Source: a virus
Taxonomy: Duplodnaviria > Caudoviricetes
DNA length: 25,324 nt
Strand: one strand, 5' to 3'
IMG/VR virus record: IMGVR_UViG_3300045810_000006
Location: 1 to 25,324 of that record
Both the position numbers and the translations under genes were made by a program. The number at the start of each line of letters is the position of its first letter. The stretch's first letter is position 1. Below, piece by piece: positions 17,750-24,782 of this stretch. The notes beneath the pieces were generated by a model that had not been told where the DNA came from, made no database searches, and saw only the letters and a program-made list of their open reading frames with translations.

Positions 17750-18782
17750 CCCACACACCATCCTTCAGCCACGCACCGGCACCCGACACCAGCCGGTTAC
17801 CGAAGAACCGCTCAGCCTGCGCGGGGTCGGTCTCCATCAGCTCTGACGCTTCGGCCTCAATGTCCGACAGGTTCACCCACGGGGAACCGTCGTACACGTA
17901 CCGGTGGATCTTCGCCCGATCCCGCTTGTTTCGATACGACAGATCGGTGGGCGGCTGACGATAGAACTTGAAGATGTCCCTCGACTGCGACTGGAACGTC
18001 TGCTGAGCCAACGAGTTCTCCGCCGGATCCCAAGCATTCGTCGTCTCAATCGAACGACCACCCATACCGGCCAAACCACGGCGCTGCGTCTGCGCCACCG
18101 AGATCAACCGGTTCTCCTTCGTGTACAACCCCGTCTCATCCTGAATCGCAAACGTAATCGGCTGACCAAGACGAGACTTCGCAGACGAACTCACCACATC
18201 GATACGGTTCGACTTCGGGCCACCATCCCCGTCAAGGACTCGGATGAATCCCTCACGAATCGCCATCAACGCAGTCAACGGGCCATCCAACAGCATCGTC
18301 GTCAGCGGCCCGTACACGTTCCCGACCTGCGCCTCAGACGACGCGAGAAGCTGAATCAGCGGGCCCGGCCTGCGCATCCCCATCGGTTCACCCGGCTCGT
18401 ATTCCCACTCGAACCCGCACCCACACCCGTTCTCCGAGCACAGATACGCGTCCCCGGCCTTCGCCCACCCCGCGAACATCGCAGGGCCAACAGCCTCCCC
18501 CGTCGTGATCGCAGCAGACCAAGGCCCCTTACCCGTCTTCTGCGGCGCCACAATCAGGCTGCGACGGTACACGAACGCCGACGCCAACAGCGGACGATCC
18601 GGGTTCCACTTCGCATCCTCACGAACCCGGTAATGATTCGCCGTGCACCAAAACTGCCAATCCGACTGATGAAACGGGATACGCCGACCAACAGAATCCG
18701 GGATCGAACAATGCGCCTCATACCAGGCATCCAGCAGATCCCCCAACGTCGGGAAATCCACGCGACCCAGACCATCACTCAT
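17712..18782 (-). CDS. Terminase large subunit, ATPase domain ORF
   Basis: Walker A APQKTGKG, Walker B FAIQDE, motif III ETTNA, AERFFGNR. ATG 18782 overlaps the end of terS. Confidence 0.9.
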   Translation of the reverse strand: MSDGLGRVDFPTLGDLLDAWYEAHCSIPDSVGRRIPFHQSDWQFWCTANHYRVREDAKWNPDRPLLASAFVYRRSLIVAPQKTGKGPWSAAITTGEAVGPAMFAGWAKAGDAYLCSENGCGCGFEWEYEPGEPMGMRRPGPLIQLLASSEAQVGNVYGPLTTMLLDGPLTALMAIREGFIRVLDGDGGPKSNRIDVVSSSAKSRLGQPITFAIQDETGLYTKENRLISVAQTQRRGLAGMGGRSIETTNAWDPAENSLAQQTFQSQSRDIFKFYRQPPTDLSYRNKRDRAKIHRYVYDGSPWVNLSDIEAEASELMETDPAQAERFFGNRLVSGAGAWLKDGVWDAAYAGGMAASA

Positions 18783-19311
18783 CCCCAACAGCCCGCAAAC
18801 GACGCTGACGCTTCGCCGGTGATGCAGGCTCATCCTGCGCCACACGAACCGGCGTCACCTCATCACGAACAATCTGCCAGCCATTCTCCTTCAAGCCAGC
18901 CGGGGTAAGCCCCAACTGATCGCCCAGACGATGAATCGCACCCTTATCAGCCGCCTTCGCCTCTGGACCAGACGCCGTCAAGAACGTACGAACCCACATC
19001 GCAACGATGTTCCACCGCCAACGATCACGCTCCCACGCCACAGCCTGCGGATACGTCCACGCCTCAGCCCACAACGCCAACTCGCGCTCACGACGATCCT
19101 CCGTCGCATCCTCATCCAGCACCTTCACTGGGCGCCCATTCTCCACGCCCTCAACGAACACCGCAGGACGGCCAAGCGGCCACTCAATCGGCGGGTCACC
19201 CTTGCGGCCTTCAGCAGGCAACGACGTGAACGACAGGCCGCGAGCATCTGACCGCCCCGAGTTCGGATCAGCCTGCGGACCACTGCGGTTTCGAGCACCA
19301 CCAGACGGCAT
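18775..19311 (-). CDS. Terminase small subunit
   Basis: MPSGGARNRSGP start with GGAGG RBS; LWAEAWTYPQAVAW and QLGLTPAGL motifs; directly upstream of terL. Confidence 0.85.
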   Translation of the reverse strand: MPSGGARNRSGPQADPNSGRSDARGLSFTSLPAEGRKGDPPIEWPLGRPAVFVEGVENGRPVKVLDEDATEDRRERELALWAEAWTYPQAVAWERDRWRWNIVAMWVRTFLTASGPEAKAADKGAIHRLGDQLGLTPAGLKENGWQIVRDEVTPVRVAQDEPASPAKRQRRLRAVGDE

Positions 19312-19384
19312 CACGCCACCTCCAAAAGTCGTTTTGAGAATCGCTCTCAGAAACATCTTGAACCCGCCGCAGGTCAGAGACACC

Positions 19385-19393
19385 TCACCGGCG
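19385..19393 (-). other. Candidate cos site (cohesive end core CGCCGGTGA)
   Basis: Lies in the gap between HNH and terS, where cos sits in HNH-dependent cos phages. Next to G/C runs (19415-19432) and the skew flip. The 9-mer matches my recollection of the 3' overhang of Arthrobacter cluster AY phages (unverified). Confidence 0.55.
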
Positions 19394-19481
19394 GTCTGTT
19401 GTACCACGCTTTGTACCCCCTCCCCCTGGGGGTTTTCGCCGCCGGGTCGCGCCGATTTCTTCGCGCCGCTCGGCGGCTTAC

Positions 19482-19811
19482 TCAGCGTTCGAATTGGTGC
19501 GCAGTTTGTCCGCCTGCGGATCGGTTGCAGGCGGCGTGTTCTGGGCCAGTCCAGGCTTTGCGGTCGCCGGTGTGTCCGAGGTCCCAGGGTGTGCCTGGAC
19601 GGATGAGGGTGTGGCATTTTGCGCAGGCCACCATGCCGCGGTCTACGAGGGGGGCCCATCGTTCACGTTCGGATTGGTGCTCTTTCCCGTAGCCGCGTTG
19701 TGTTGCGGTTCCGCGTTGCCGTTCGTATTGGCGTTCGTGGTCTGCGCAGTAGCGTCGCACGACGATGTTCGGACAGCCTGGTTTCGGGCAGATCGTTCGC
19801 GCTTTGCGCAT
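19482..19811 (-). CDS. HNH endonuclease (terminase-associated, HK97 gp74-like position)
   Basis: CPKPGC...YCADH, RGYG, CAKC, WDLGH...GPEHAACNRSAG; GAGG RBS; upstream of terS. Confidence 0.88.
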   Translation of the reverse strand: MRKARTICPKPGCPNIVVRRYCADHERQYERQRGTATQRGYGKEHQSERERWAPLVDRGMVACAKCHTLIRPGTPWDLGHTGDRKAWTGPEHAACNRSAGGQTAHQFER

Positions 19812-19906
19812 CCGCGATCACCTCTGTCTTGTGTCACTGCTTGCTGGCTAGGCTTGGTCCGTAGCGGTCGGCAGTCGGTCGGTCGCCGGATTGGTGGAGG
19901 TCAAGC

Positions 19907-20191
19907 GTGTTCAGCAATGTGGAAGCAACAGTTGGTATTGATGCTGAGGATGAGCTGACTGTGGCTCGGCTGTCCAAGTTCGCGGTGGGCAATCAGCTGG
20001 GCATGCGGCAGTTGCCGGATGGGCCGTGGAACACGAAGGTGACGTTCAGCTTTGATGGCTTGACGATTGATGAGGCCATTGTCCGGTTGGTCATGTTGAA
20101 GGCGGCGTCTTCTGGGGCGACCGTGGGTGAGGCACTGGAGCAGGTGAAGGTCGAGGTGGGGCGTGGCGCCGATCTTGACGAGACAGTGTGA
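19907..20191 (+). CDS. Hypothetical protein, antisense to late operon (moron-like)
   Basis: 94 aa; GTG with GGAGG RBS; protein-like composition; TAGGCT -10-like hexamer at 19849-19854; no credible ORF on the opposite strand. Confidence 0.7.
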   Translation: MFSNVEATVGIDAEDELTVARLSKFAVGNQLGMRQLPDGPWNTKVTFSFDGLTIDEAIVRLVMLKAASSGATVGEALEQVKVEVGRGADLDETV

Positions 20192-20289
20192 GTAGGGCGC
20201 ACGCTATCTCCCGGCGTGCGAGCGGATTAGCTTTTGGGCCGGTCGTCCCGGTGGCACTACGCCACAGTCTTGGCTGCCCATAGCTGGCG

Positions 20290-20363
20290 CTGACACCGCA
20301 GGATTCGAACCTGCATCGCCCGGTTTTGGAGACCGGTCATCTTCCTGTTGAAAGTAGGTGCCA
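20290..20363 (-). tRNA. tRNA-Trp (anticodon CCA), imperfect D-arm, CCA end not directly encoded
   Basis: Acceptor TGGCACC/GGTGTCA, anticodon arm CCGGT-CTCCAAA-ACCGG, T arm GCAGG-TTCGAAT-CCTGC, discriminator G followed by CGCCA. Confidence 0.88.
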
Positions 20364-20367
20364 TCGG

Positions 20368-20777
20368 CGGGCACGCGTCTCGATGCGCGCTTTGAGCGCC
20401 CGCTTATCCGGTGTGCCCCGCGTGCACGCTGGGCTTTCTCTACCGCCCCATCGGCAGGGCGGGGGGTGACGTTCGCGGCTACAGGCCTGAGGCCAGGGCT
20501 ACGACCGTCGTAAAGACCCCATCAACCCGGAGGCAATGGGGAGCACTGCCGGGCGTCTTCCGGCTGGTGAGTCCGTCCCGAAATGGTGGGCTATCGACTC
20601 GGACGCCTCACGATTAGGGTGCGTGAGAATCACCCGTAGGGCGGCCGGTATCTCAAGTACTGGATACCGGCCGCCTGCCCCATTGTCCGCTGGTCACCCC
20701 ACCAGGGTTTGGTGCTGGGGGTGTGGTGTGCTCGGCGGCACGTCCGTTGTGACCCCCAGCGGGTACAGGAAAGGCCC
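20368..20777 (-). ncRNA. Candidate large structured non-coding RNA in the late leader
   Basis: No credible ORF. Abutting stems 20714-20760, 20701-20713, 20463-20700 and 20443-20462. Nested long-range helices 20463-20470/20693-20700, 20475-20478/20687-20690 and 20534-20541/20678-20685 enclose three further arms. Confidence 0.6.
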
Positions 20778-20801
20778 GTGATCTCTTGGATCATCGGGCC
20801 T
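20772..20801 (-). terminator. Promoter-proximal terminator-like hairpin
   Basis: AGGCCCG-a-TGATC caaga GATCA-CGGGCCT followed by TTCCTGT; about 45 nt downstream of the -10 element. Confidence 0.55.
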
Positions 20802-20843
20802 GGTTTTGGTGCGGATACAACTGTGCCGTCGCCGCTACACGCT

Positions 20844-20849
20844 ATCGTA
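20844..20849 (-). promoter_or_regulatory. Candidate -10 element of the late promoter (TACGAT)
   Basis: TAnnnT hexamer right after the stop of the Zn/HTH regulator. No clear -35, compatible with activator dependence (inference). Confidence 0.5.
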
Positions 20850-20854
20850 CCTGA

Positions 20855-21634
20855 TCACCGCGCATTTGTGGTGCCATTGGCTGAACGTCTCTTGGAATCA
20901 AGGTGGGCTAGGTGAGTCCGGATGAGGTCTGACGCATAGTATCGCGGCTGGCCTTGATCTTTGACCTGTCGAATCTTGTGCTCCCTGTTCCAGTTCCGAA
21001 TGTCGGTGGCACTGATGCGGATGCCTGCGTTCTTTCGGATCCAGGCGCGTACGTCGGTTGATCGCATTGGTGATGGTTCAGCGTCGATGATCTCGGCGTT
21101 GATGCGCTCGTGGGCTTCTGATGCGGTGATGGTGTAGATGTTCCCGCATTGGTTGCATTCGCCTTGATCTACAGGGTCGGGGTCGTCTGCGGTGGGTTGT
21201 TGGCGTGGCTGGTCGGTGATGATGTCGCCTCCGCATTCGCACTTCCCGATGACGCGAACCTCGGGCTTGCCGTACACCCAGGCGCGGGCGGACTCGACCC
21301 AGAGCTTGGCTTTGCGCAGAACCTTCCCGGCGTCAGGGTCGTGGTGCGCGGTTTCGTGTGCAGAGGTTGGCAGGCTGGCCAGCTTCTCATCGAGGATGAT
21401 TAGCTCAAGGTTGAACGGGGGTTTGGATGCGGCTGAGGGTGATTTTCCTCCTTCGCTGCTCTTGGGTGCCTTCCCGATGTTCGCGGTGGGGTTGAGCATG
21501 GATCTGAGTGTTGGGATCTGCTGTAGTTGGTCGTCCAGGTCCACGATGTGTTCGGCGCAGAGGAATGACCCTTCGCCGATGTGGATGTCGCATCCGTAGA
21601 GTGTGCAGACGTTGGTGTCCTGTGGAGTGAGCAT
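20855..21634 (-). CDS. Zn-binding / C-terminal HTH DNA-binding protein, putative late transcription regulator
   Basis: 259 aa from ATG 21634; CTLYGC...LCAEH, GKCECG...CNQCG, C-terminal ISATDIRNWNREHKIR...PRYYASDL (MerR-like HTH). Last early gene before the late promoter. Confidence 0.75.
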   Translation of the reverse strand: MLTPQDTNVCTLYGCDIHIGEGSFLCAEHIVDLDDQLQQIPTLRSMLNPTANIGKAPKSSEGGKSPSAASKPPFNLELIILDEKLASLPTSAHETAHHDPDAGKVLRKAKLWVESARAWVYGKPEVRVIGKCECGGDIITDQPRQQPTADDPDPVDQGECNQCGNIYTITASEAHERINAEIIDAEPSPMRSTDVRAWIRKNAGIRISATDIRNWNREHKIRQVKDQGQPRYYASDLIRTHLAHLDSKRRSANGTTNAR

Positions 21635-21780
21635 CAGCGGCCTTTCTGGATGGTGGTGACGTCTTGGAGTGCGCGGGTGAGGTTGTGGGTGTGTTCGGCG
21701 TCTAGCCGTTTGCAGAGAACGGGGTCTTTGATTCGGAGATCTGGGGAACAAATAGGCGACGACACCATGGGTGTGAGCAT
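21634..21780 (-). CDS. Hypothetical protein (48 aa)
   Basis: MLTPMVSSPIC...; GAAAGG RBS; TGATG coupling at both ends. Confidence 0.65.
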   Translation of the reverse strand: MLTPMVSSPICSPDLRIKDPVLCKRLDAEHTHNLTRALQDVTTIQKGR

Positions 21781-21995
21781 CAGTCGTCCTTTCGAATGTC
21801 GTCCAGGTAGATCTCGCACAGGCCGCGTCGGACGATGTGGGAGATGTTTGGGTTGTGTCTGACGATGATGGTTTCGTCTGCTTCGCCGTTGTCGTCGTAG
21901 GTGATTGCTCGGGCAAGGACGATGACGTCGGTGACGACCCCGGTGAGGTCTTCTTGCTCGGGTAGGTCGATGTTGTGCCCGTAGATGGTGGTCAC
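21780..21995 (-). CDS. Hypothetical protein (71 aa)
   Basis: GTG start overlapping the upstream stop; AAGGA RBS; acidic protein-like sequence. Confidence 0.75.
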   Translation of the reverse strand: MTTIYGHNIDLPEQEDLTGVVTDVIVLARAITYDDNGEADETIIVRHNPNISHIVRRGLCEIYLDDIRKDD

Positions 21996-22417
21996 GATTG
22001 GTCCTTGATTTCGAGGGTGGCGTTGGATGGGACGGTGATGGTGGCGATGGGGAGTTGGATCTTCACCGTGGTGGTGATGATTTGGCTGACAAGATCTCCG
22101 TTGTAGGTCTTGATGCCGTCGATGACGGAGTCGGTTCTGAAGTCGAGAAGCTGGCCGACGAGATCGGTGCCTTCGTGTTCGACTCGTACGGTCTTCCCGA
22201 TGTCGGACACGCGCAGGTCTGCGACGGTCGCGACGTCACGCGGTTTGTCGAACTGGTCAGGGGTGATTCCGTCGCTGGATTCATCCGTGATGACGTATTC
22301 GTAGCTGTGCTCATCGTTGGTCGCCCAGAACTTTCCGAAGTGGATGGTTCCGGTGGCGATGATGGCCCCGCTCTGGTCGATGATGCCGACGGGTTGCCCG
22401 TCTCGGATGCTGGTCAT
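21992..22417 (-). CDS. Hypothetical protein (141 aa)
   Basis: GAAAGGA RBS; coupled to the next gene; beta-rich composition. Confidence 0.75.
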   Translation of the reverse strand: MTSIRDGQPVGIIDQSGAIIATGTIHFGKFWATNDEHSYEYVITDESSDGITPDQFDKPRDVATVADLRVSDIGKTVRVEHEGTDLVGQLLDFRTDSVIDGIKTYNGDLVSQIITTTVKIQLPIATITVPSNATLEIKDQS

Positions 22418-22429
22418 GGCTGGGTCCTT

Positions 22430-22654
22430 TCAGTCGCCTTGTCGGCGTAGTTCTTCGAGTAGTGAGTGCCAGCGCTCGATTTCGCGCCGGATGACGTCGT
22501 CGGTGAGGTGGACGGTGCGATTCCACCGGGTTTGTTCGTGGCAGGTGAGTTCGTAGCAGTCGGGGAGGTTGGGGTCGTCGGGGTGGCAGTAGTCCTGGTC
22601 TCCGATGCGGCCTTCTAGGCGGTCGAGGTGACGTCCACAGCGTGCGCACTTCAT
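22430..22654 (-). CDS. Hypothetical Cys/His-containing protein (74 aa)
   Basis: MKCARCG...YCH...DC; ATGA overlap with the upstream ORF. Confidence 0.7.
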   Translation of the reverse strand: MKCARCGRHLDRLEGRIGDQDYCHPDDPNLPDCYELTCHEQTRWNRTVHLTDDVIRREIERWHSLLEELRRQGD

Positions 22655-22815
22655 GACTGGTCTTCCTGTTTCATGGCTTCTCGTTCTCGGCGCGTCCGGT
22701 TGTCTGGGTCTTTGATGGCGGGGGTGATTCCGTCGCAGCAGGGGCAGGATCGTCTACCCCACGTCTTTTCGCGGTGGTCGTGCCCGCCTCGCTTGTCCCG
22801 GTCGTCACGGCTCAT
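22651..22815 (-). CDS. Hypothetical protein (54 aa, not in ORF track)
   Basis: MSRDDRDKRGGHDHREKTWGRRSCPCCDGITPAIKDPDNRTRREREAMKQEDQS; ATGA overlaps at both ends. Confidence 0.65.
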   Translation of the reverse strand: MSRDDRDKRGGHDHREKTWGRRSCPCCDGITPAIKDPDNRTRREREAMKQEDQS

Positions 22816-22979
22816 GACCGGTCCTTGCCGTCCCGGATGGTTTGGTGCGTGGCGGCCTGGATTTTGTTCCAGGCGGTGGTGATGGTCTTGGATGGTCGGA
22901 CGCCGTGGCCGAGGTTTGGTGCGGGGTGGCGGAGGATTGCTTGGGCTTCGGCTTTGGTGAGGGTGATGGTGACGTTCAC
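22812..22979 (-). CDS. Hypothetical protein (55 aa)
   Basis: GTG at 22979 with GGAGG RBS, overlapping the rusA stop; MNVTITLTKAEAQAIL... Confidence 0.7.
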   Translation of the reverse strand: MNVTITLTKAEAQAILRHPAPNLGHGVRPSKTITTAWNKIQAATHQTIRDGKDRS

Positions 22980-23419
22980 GGGTGGTCCTCCGTGGTGATG
23001 GTGATGTTGGCGCCGGGGTTGAATCGGTCGGCGTAGTGCTTTCTGAGGTGGACGGATACGGCGCGGGAGTCGTCGGTCCAGATGTGACTTGCGGTGATGG
23101 CGTCGAGGATGGCGCGCATGAGCTTGTCGCTGTCTGGCTTGCGGTGCGGGTAGAGCGGGGCTGATGGTTTGAGCTGGTGCGCGTTGCGTCCGGTGCCGTA
23201 GTGCCCGTGTGGGCGTGGCAGGTAGACGGAGATGAGGACTTGGCAGGGTCCGTCGATGGGGTCTTGGTTGCCCCAGGCTTGCATTCCGGCGAGGGTGACG
23301 AGGTTGCGCCACCGGGTGAGGCGGTCGTGGTTGGAGTGCACCATGCGACCTCGGCCGTAGGACTTCATGCTGCCCTGGGGTACTGGGGTGCCTTCGACGG
23401 TGAAGGTGATGGTGGTCAT
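22976..23419 (-). CDS. rusA: RusA-family Holliday junction resolvase
   Basis: VEGTPVPQGS, KPDSDKLMRAILDAI and WTDDSRAV motifs; ATG 23419 with GAAAGGA RBS. Confidence 0.93.
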   Translation of the reverse strand: MTTITFTVEGTPVPQGSMKSYGRGRMVHSNHDRLTRWRNLVTLAGMQAWGNQDPIDGPCQVLISVYLPRPHGHYGTGRNAHQLKPSAPLYPHRKPDSDKLMRAILDAITASHIWTDDSRAVSVHLRKHYADRFNPGANITITTEDHP

Positions 23420-23547
23420 GGTGGGTCCTTTCGGGCATGAGAAAAGCCGCCCGGTTGGTCCGTGACGGCTTGGTGTTCGAGGTATGCGGTTTCGATTTGG
23501 TCGATGACGTCTGGGAGGACGTCTCTGAGGGGCACTGGGTCGGGCAT
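23416..23547 (-). CDS. Hypothetical protein (43 aa)
   Basis: MPDPVPLRDVLPDVIDQIETAYLEH...; AGGAG RBS; coupled to both the helicase stop and the rusA start. Confidence 0.6.
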   Translation of the reverse strand: MPDPVPLRDVLPDVIDQIETAYLEHQAVTDQPGGFSHARKDPP

Positions 23548-24782
23548 CAGATGTCTCCTGGTAGGTAGATCTGGCGTCGTACTTCGGGTGCGACGTTGTC
23601 GGCGGTCCATGGGAACGGTCCGCCCTTCTGCAGTTCGGTTGGCCAGTCGCGGCCTTGGTCTCGGTCGCCACGCCAGCGGACGATGCGGGACTTGAGCGTT
23701 TCGCCGGTCTGCTTGTCGCCTTCGGGGTAGAGGCCGAAGCCGAACTCGGGCCATCCGAGTAGTGCGGCGGATCCTCTGGGTGCGAGATCTCTGGCGCCGG
23801 CGGACATGTCTTGCTTCTTCGCGTGGGCTTCCATGAGAAGCGCCAGCCCTCGATCTCGGAGGGAGTCGAGGGCTGTGATGAGTGGTGCGGCGTCGTCGTC
23901 GTTGTTGATGCCGTGGGGGACGAGTTTGTAGAGGGGTCCGATGAGGAGGATGTCTGGTTGGTGTTGGTCGATGAGTCGGTGGATTTCTCCGAGGGTTGAG
24001 TCTCGGGTGATGTCGAGTCGGCCTCGTGCGTGGATGTGTACGTGGTCGGCTGGTGGTCGTGGCCCGTACTGGGCGGCGGTGGCGGCCATTTTGCGGGTTG
24101 CTCCGCGCCATTGGGCTTCGGTGTTTTCGGCGTCGATGACGAGGACGTTTGAGGGGTGTTCGAGGTGTCTGAGGTTGATGGGGTGGATGCCGGCGGCGAT
24201 GCAGATGGCCATTTGTCGGAGCCAGGTGGTTTTGCCTGCGCCTTCGAAGCCGGTGAGGACGAGTCGGTCGCCTCGTTCGATGAGGTTGGGGATGAGCCAG
24301 TCGTGGTCGTCGGGTTCGTCGAGGATCTGCGTGAGGGTTTTGGTGGTCATGCGGCGGTTCTCCCGCAGGCCGGTGAGTGCGTCCTTTGCCGCTTGTGCGG
24401 CCTCTGAGGGGGCCGTAGACGGATCAGAAGCCTCACGGAGCAGTCTCTGGGCGGTGGCGGCGAGTTTGCGTCTTACAGAGGCGTCTAGGACTTGCTCGGC
24501 GTAGTACGTGATCGACGCTGACGATCCGGTGGCTTCCACCATGCCGTGAAGGTCAACCAGGCTGATGCCTTTGAGGCCGTCCTTCACGGCTTCGGAGTGG
24601 ACGGTGAACGGTTCCACGGGCTGCCCGTTGGCGTGTAACCGGATGATGGTCCGGTACAGGGTGCCTTTGCGGGGGTCTGCGAAGTCGTCGGGGGTGACGA
24701 TGGGTGAGGCGAACCGGACGGCGTCGGGTGTGAGTAGTGCTGAGCCGATGACGAGGTCTTCAGCGTTGGTGGGGTCGGTCAA
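23547..24782 (-). CDS. Replicative helicase: DnaB-like N-terminal domain plus RecA-type (AAA_25-like) ATPase
   Basis: AEDLVIGSALL...PDDFADPR (DnaB N-terminus), Walker A GFEGAGKT, VIDAEN, RGSAALLGWPEFG; TTG start overlapping the upstream stop. Confidence 0.88.
   Translation of the reverse strand: MTDPTNAEDLVIGSALLTPDAVRFASPIVTPDDFADPRKGTLYRTIIRLHANGQPVEPFTVHSEAVKDGLKGISLVDLHGMVEATGSSASITYYAEQVLDASVRRKLAATAQRLLREASDPSTAPSEAAQAAKDALTGLRENRRMTTKTLTQILDEPDDHDWLIPNLIERGDRLVLTGFEGAGKTTWLRQMAICIAAGIHPINLRHLEHPSNVLVIDAENTEAQWRGATRKMAATAAQYGPRPPADHVHIHARGRLDITRDSTLGEIHRLIDQHQPDILLIGPLYKLVPHGINNDDDAAPLITALDSLRDRGLALLMEAHAKKQDMSAGARDLAPRGSAALLGWPEFGFGLYPEGDKQTGETLKSRIVRWRGDRDQGRDWPTELQKGGPFPWTADNVAPEVRRQIYLPGDI

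Noticed and set aside
13084-18908. + strand ORFs of 290-350 aa opposite capsid, MuF-like, portal and terminase genes
   Set aside because: Shadow ORFs with no recognisable domains.
20290-20363. tRNA as host integration site (attL/attR)
   Set aside because: It is full length, co-oriented with the late operon and flanked by phage genes on both sides, with no integrase or host genes nearby.
20411-20915. Short + strand ORFs (68-81 aa) in the leader
   Set aside because: No RBS, low-complexity Gly/Arg/Pro content; the region is better explained by RNA structure.
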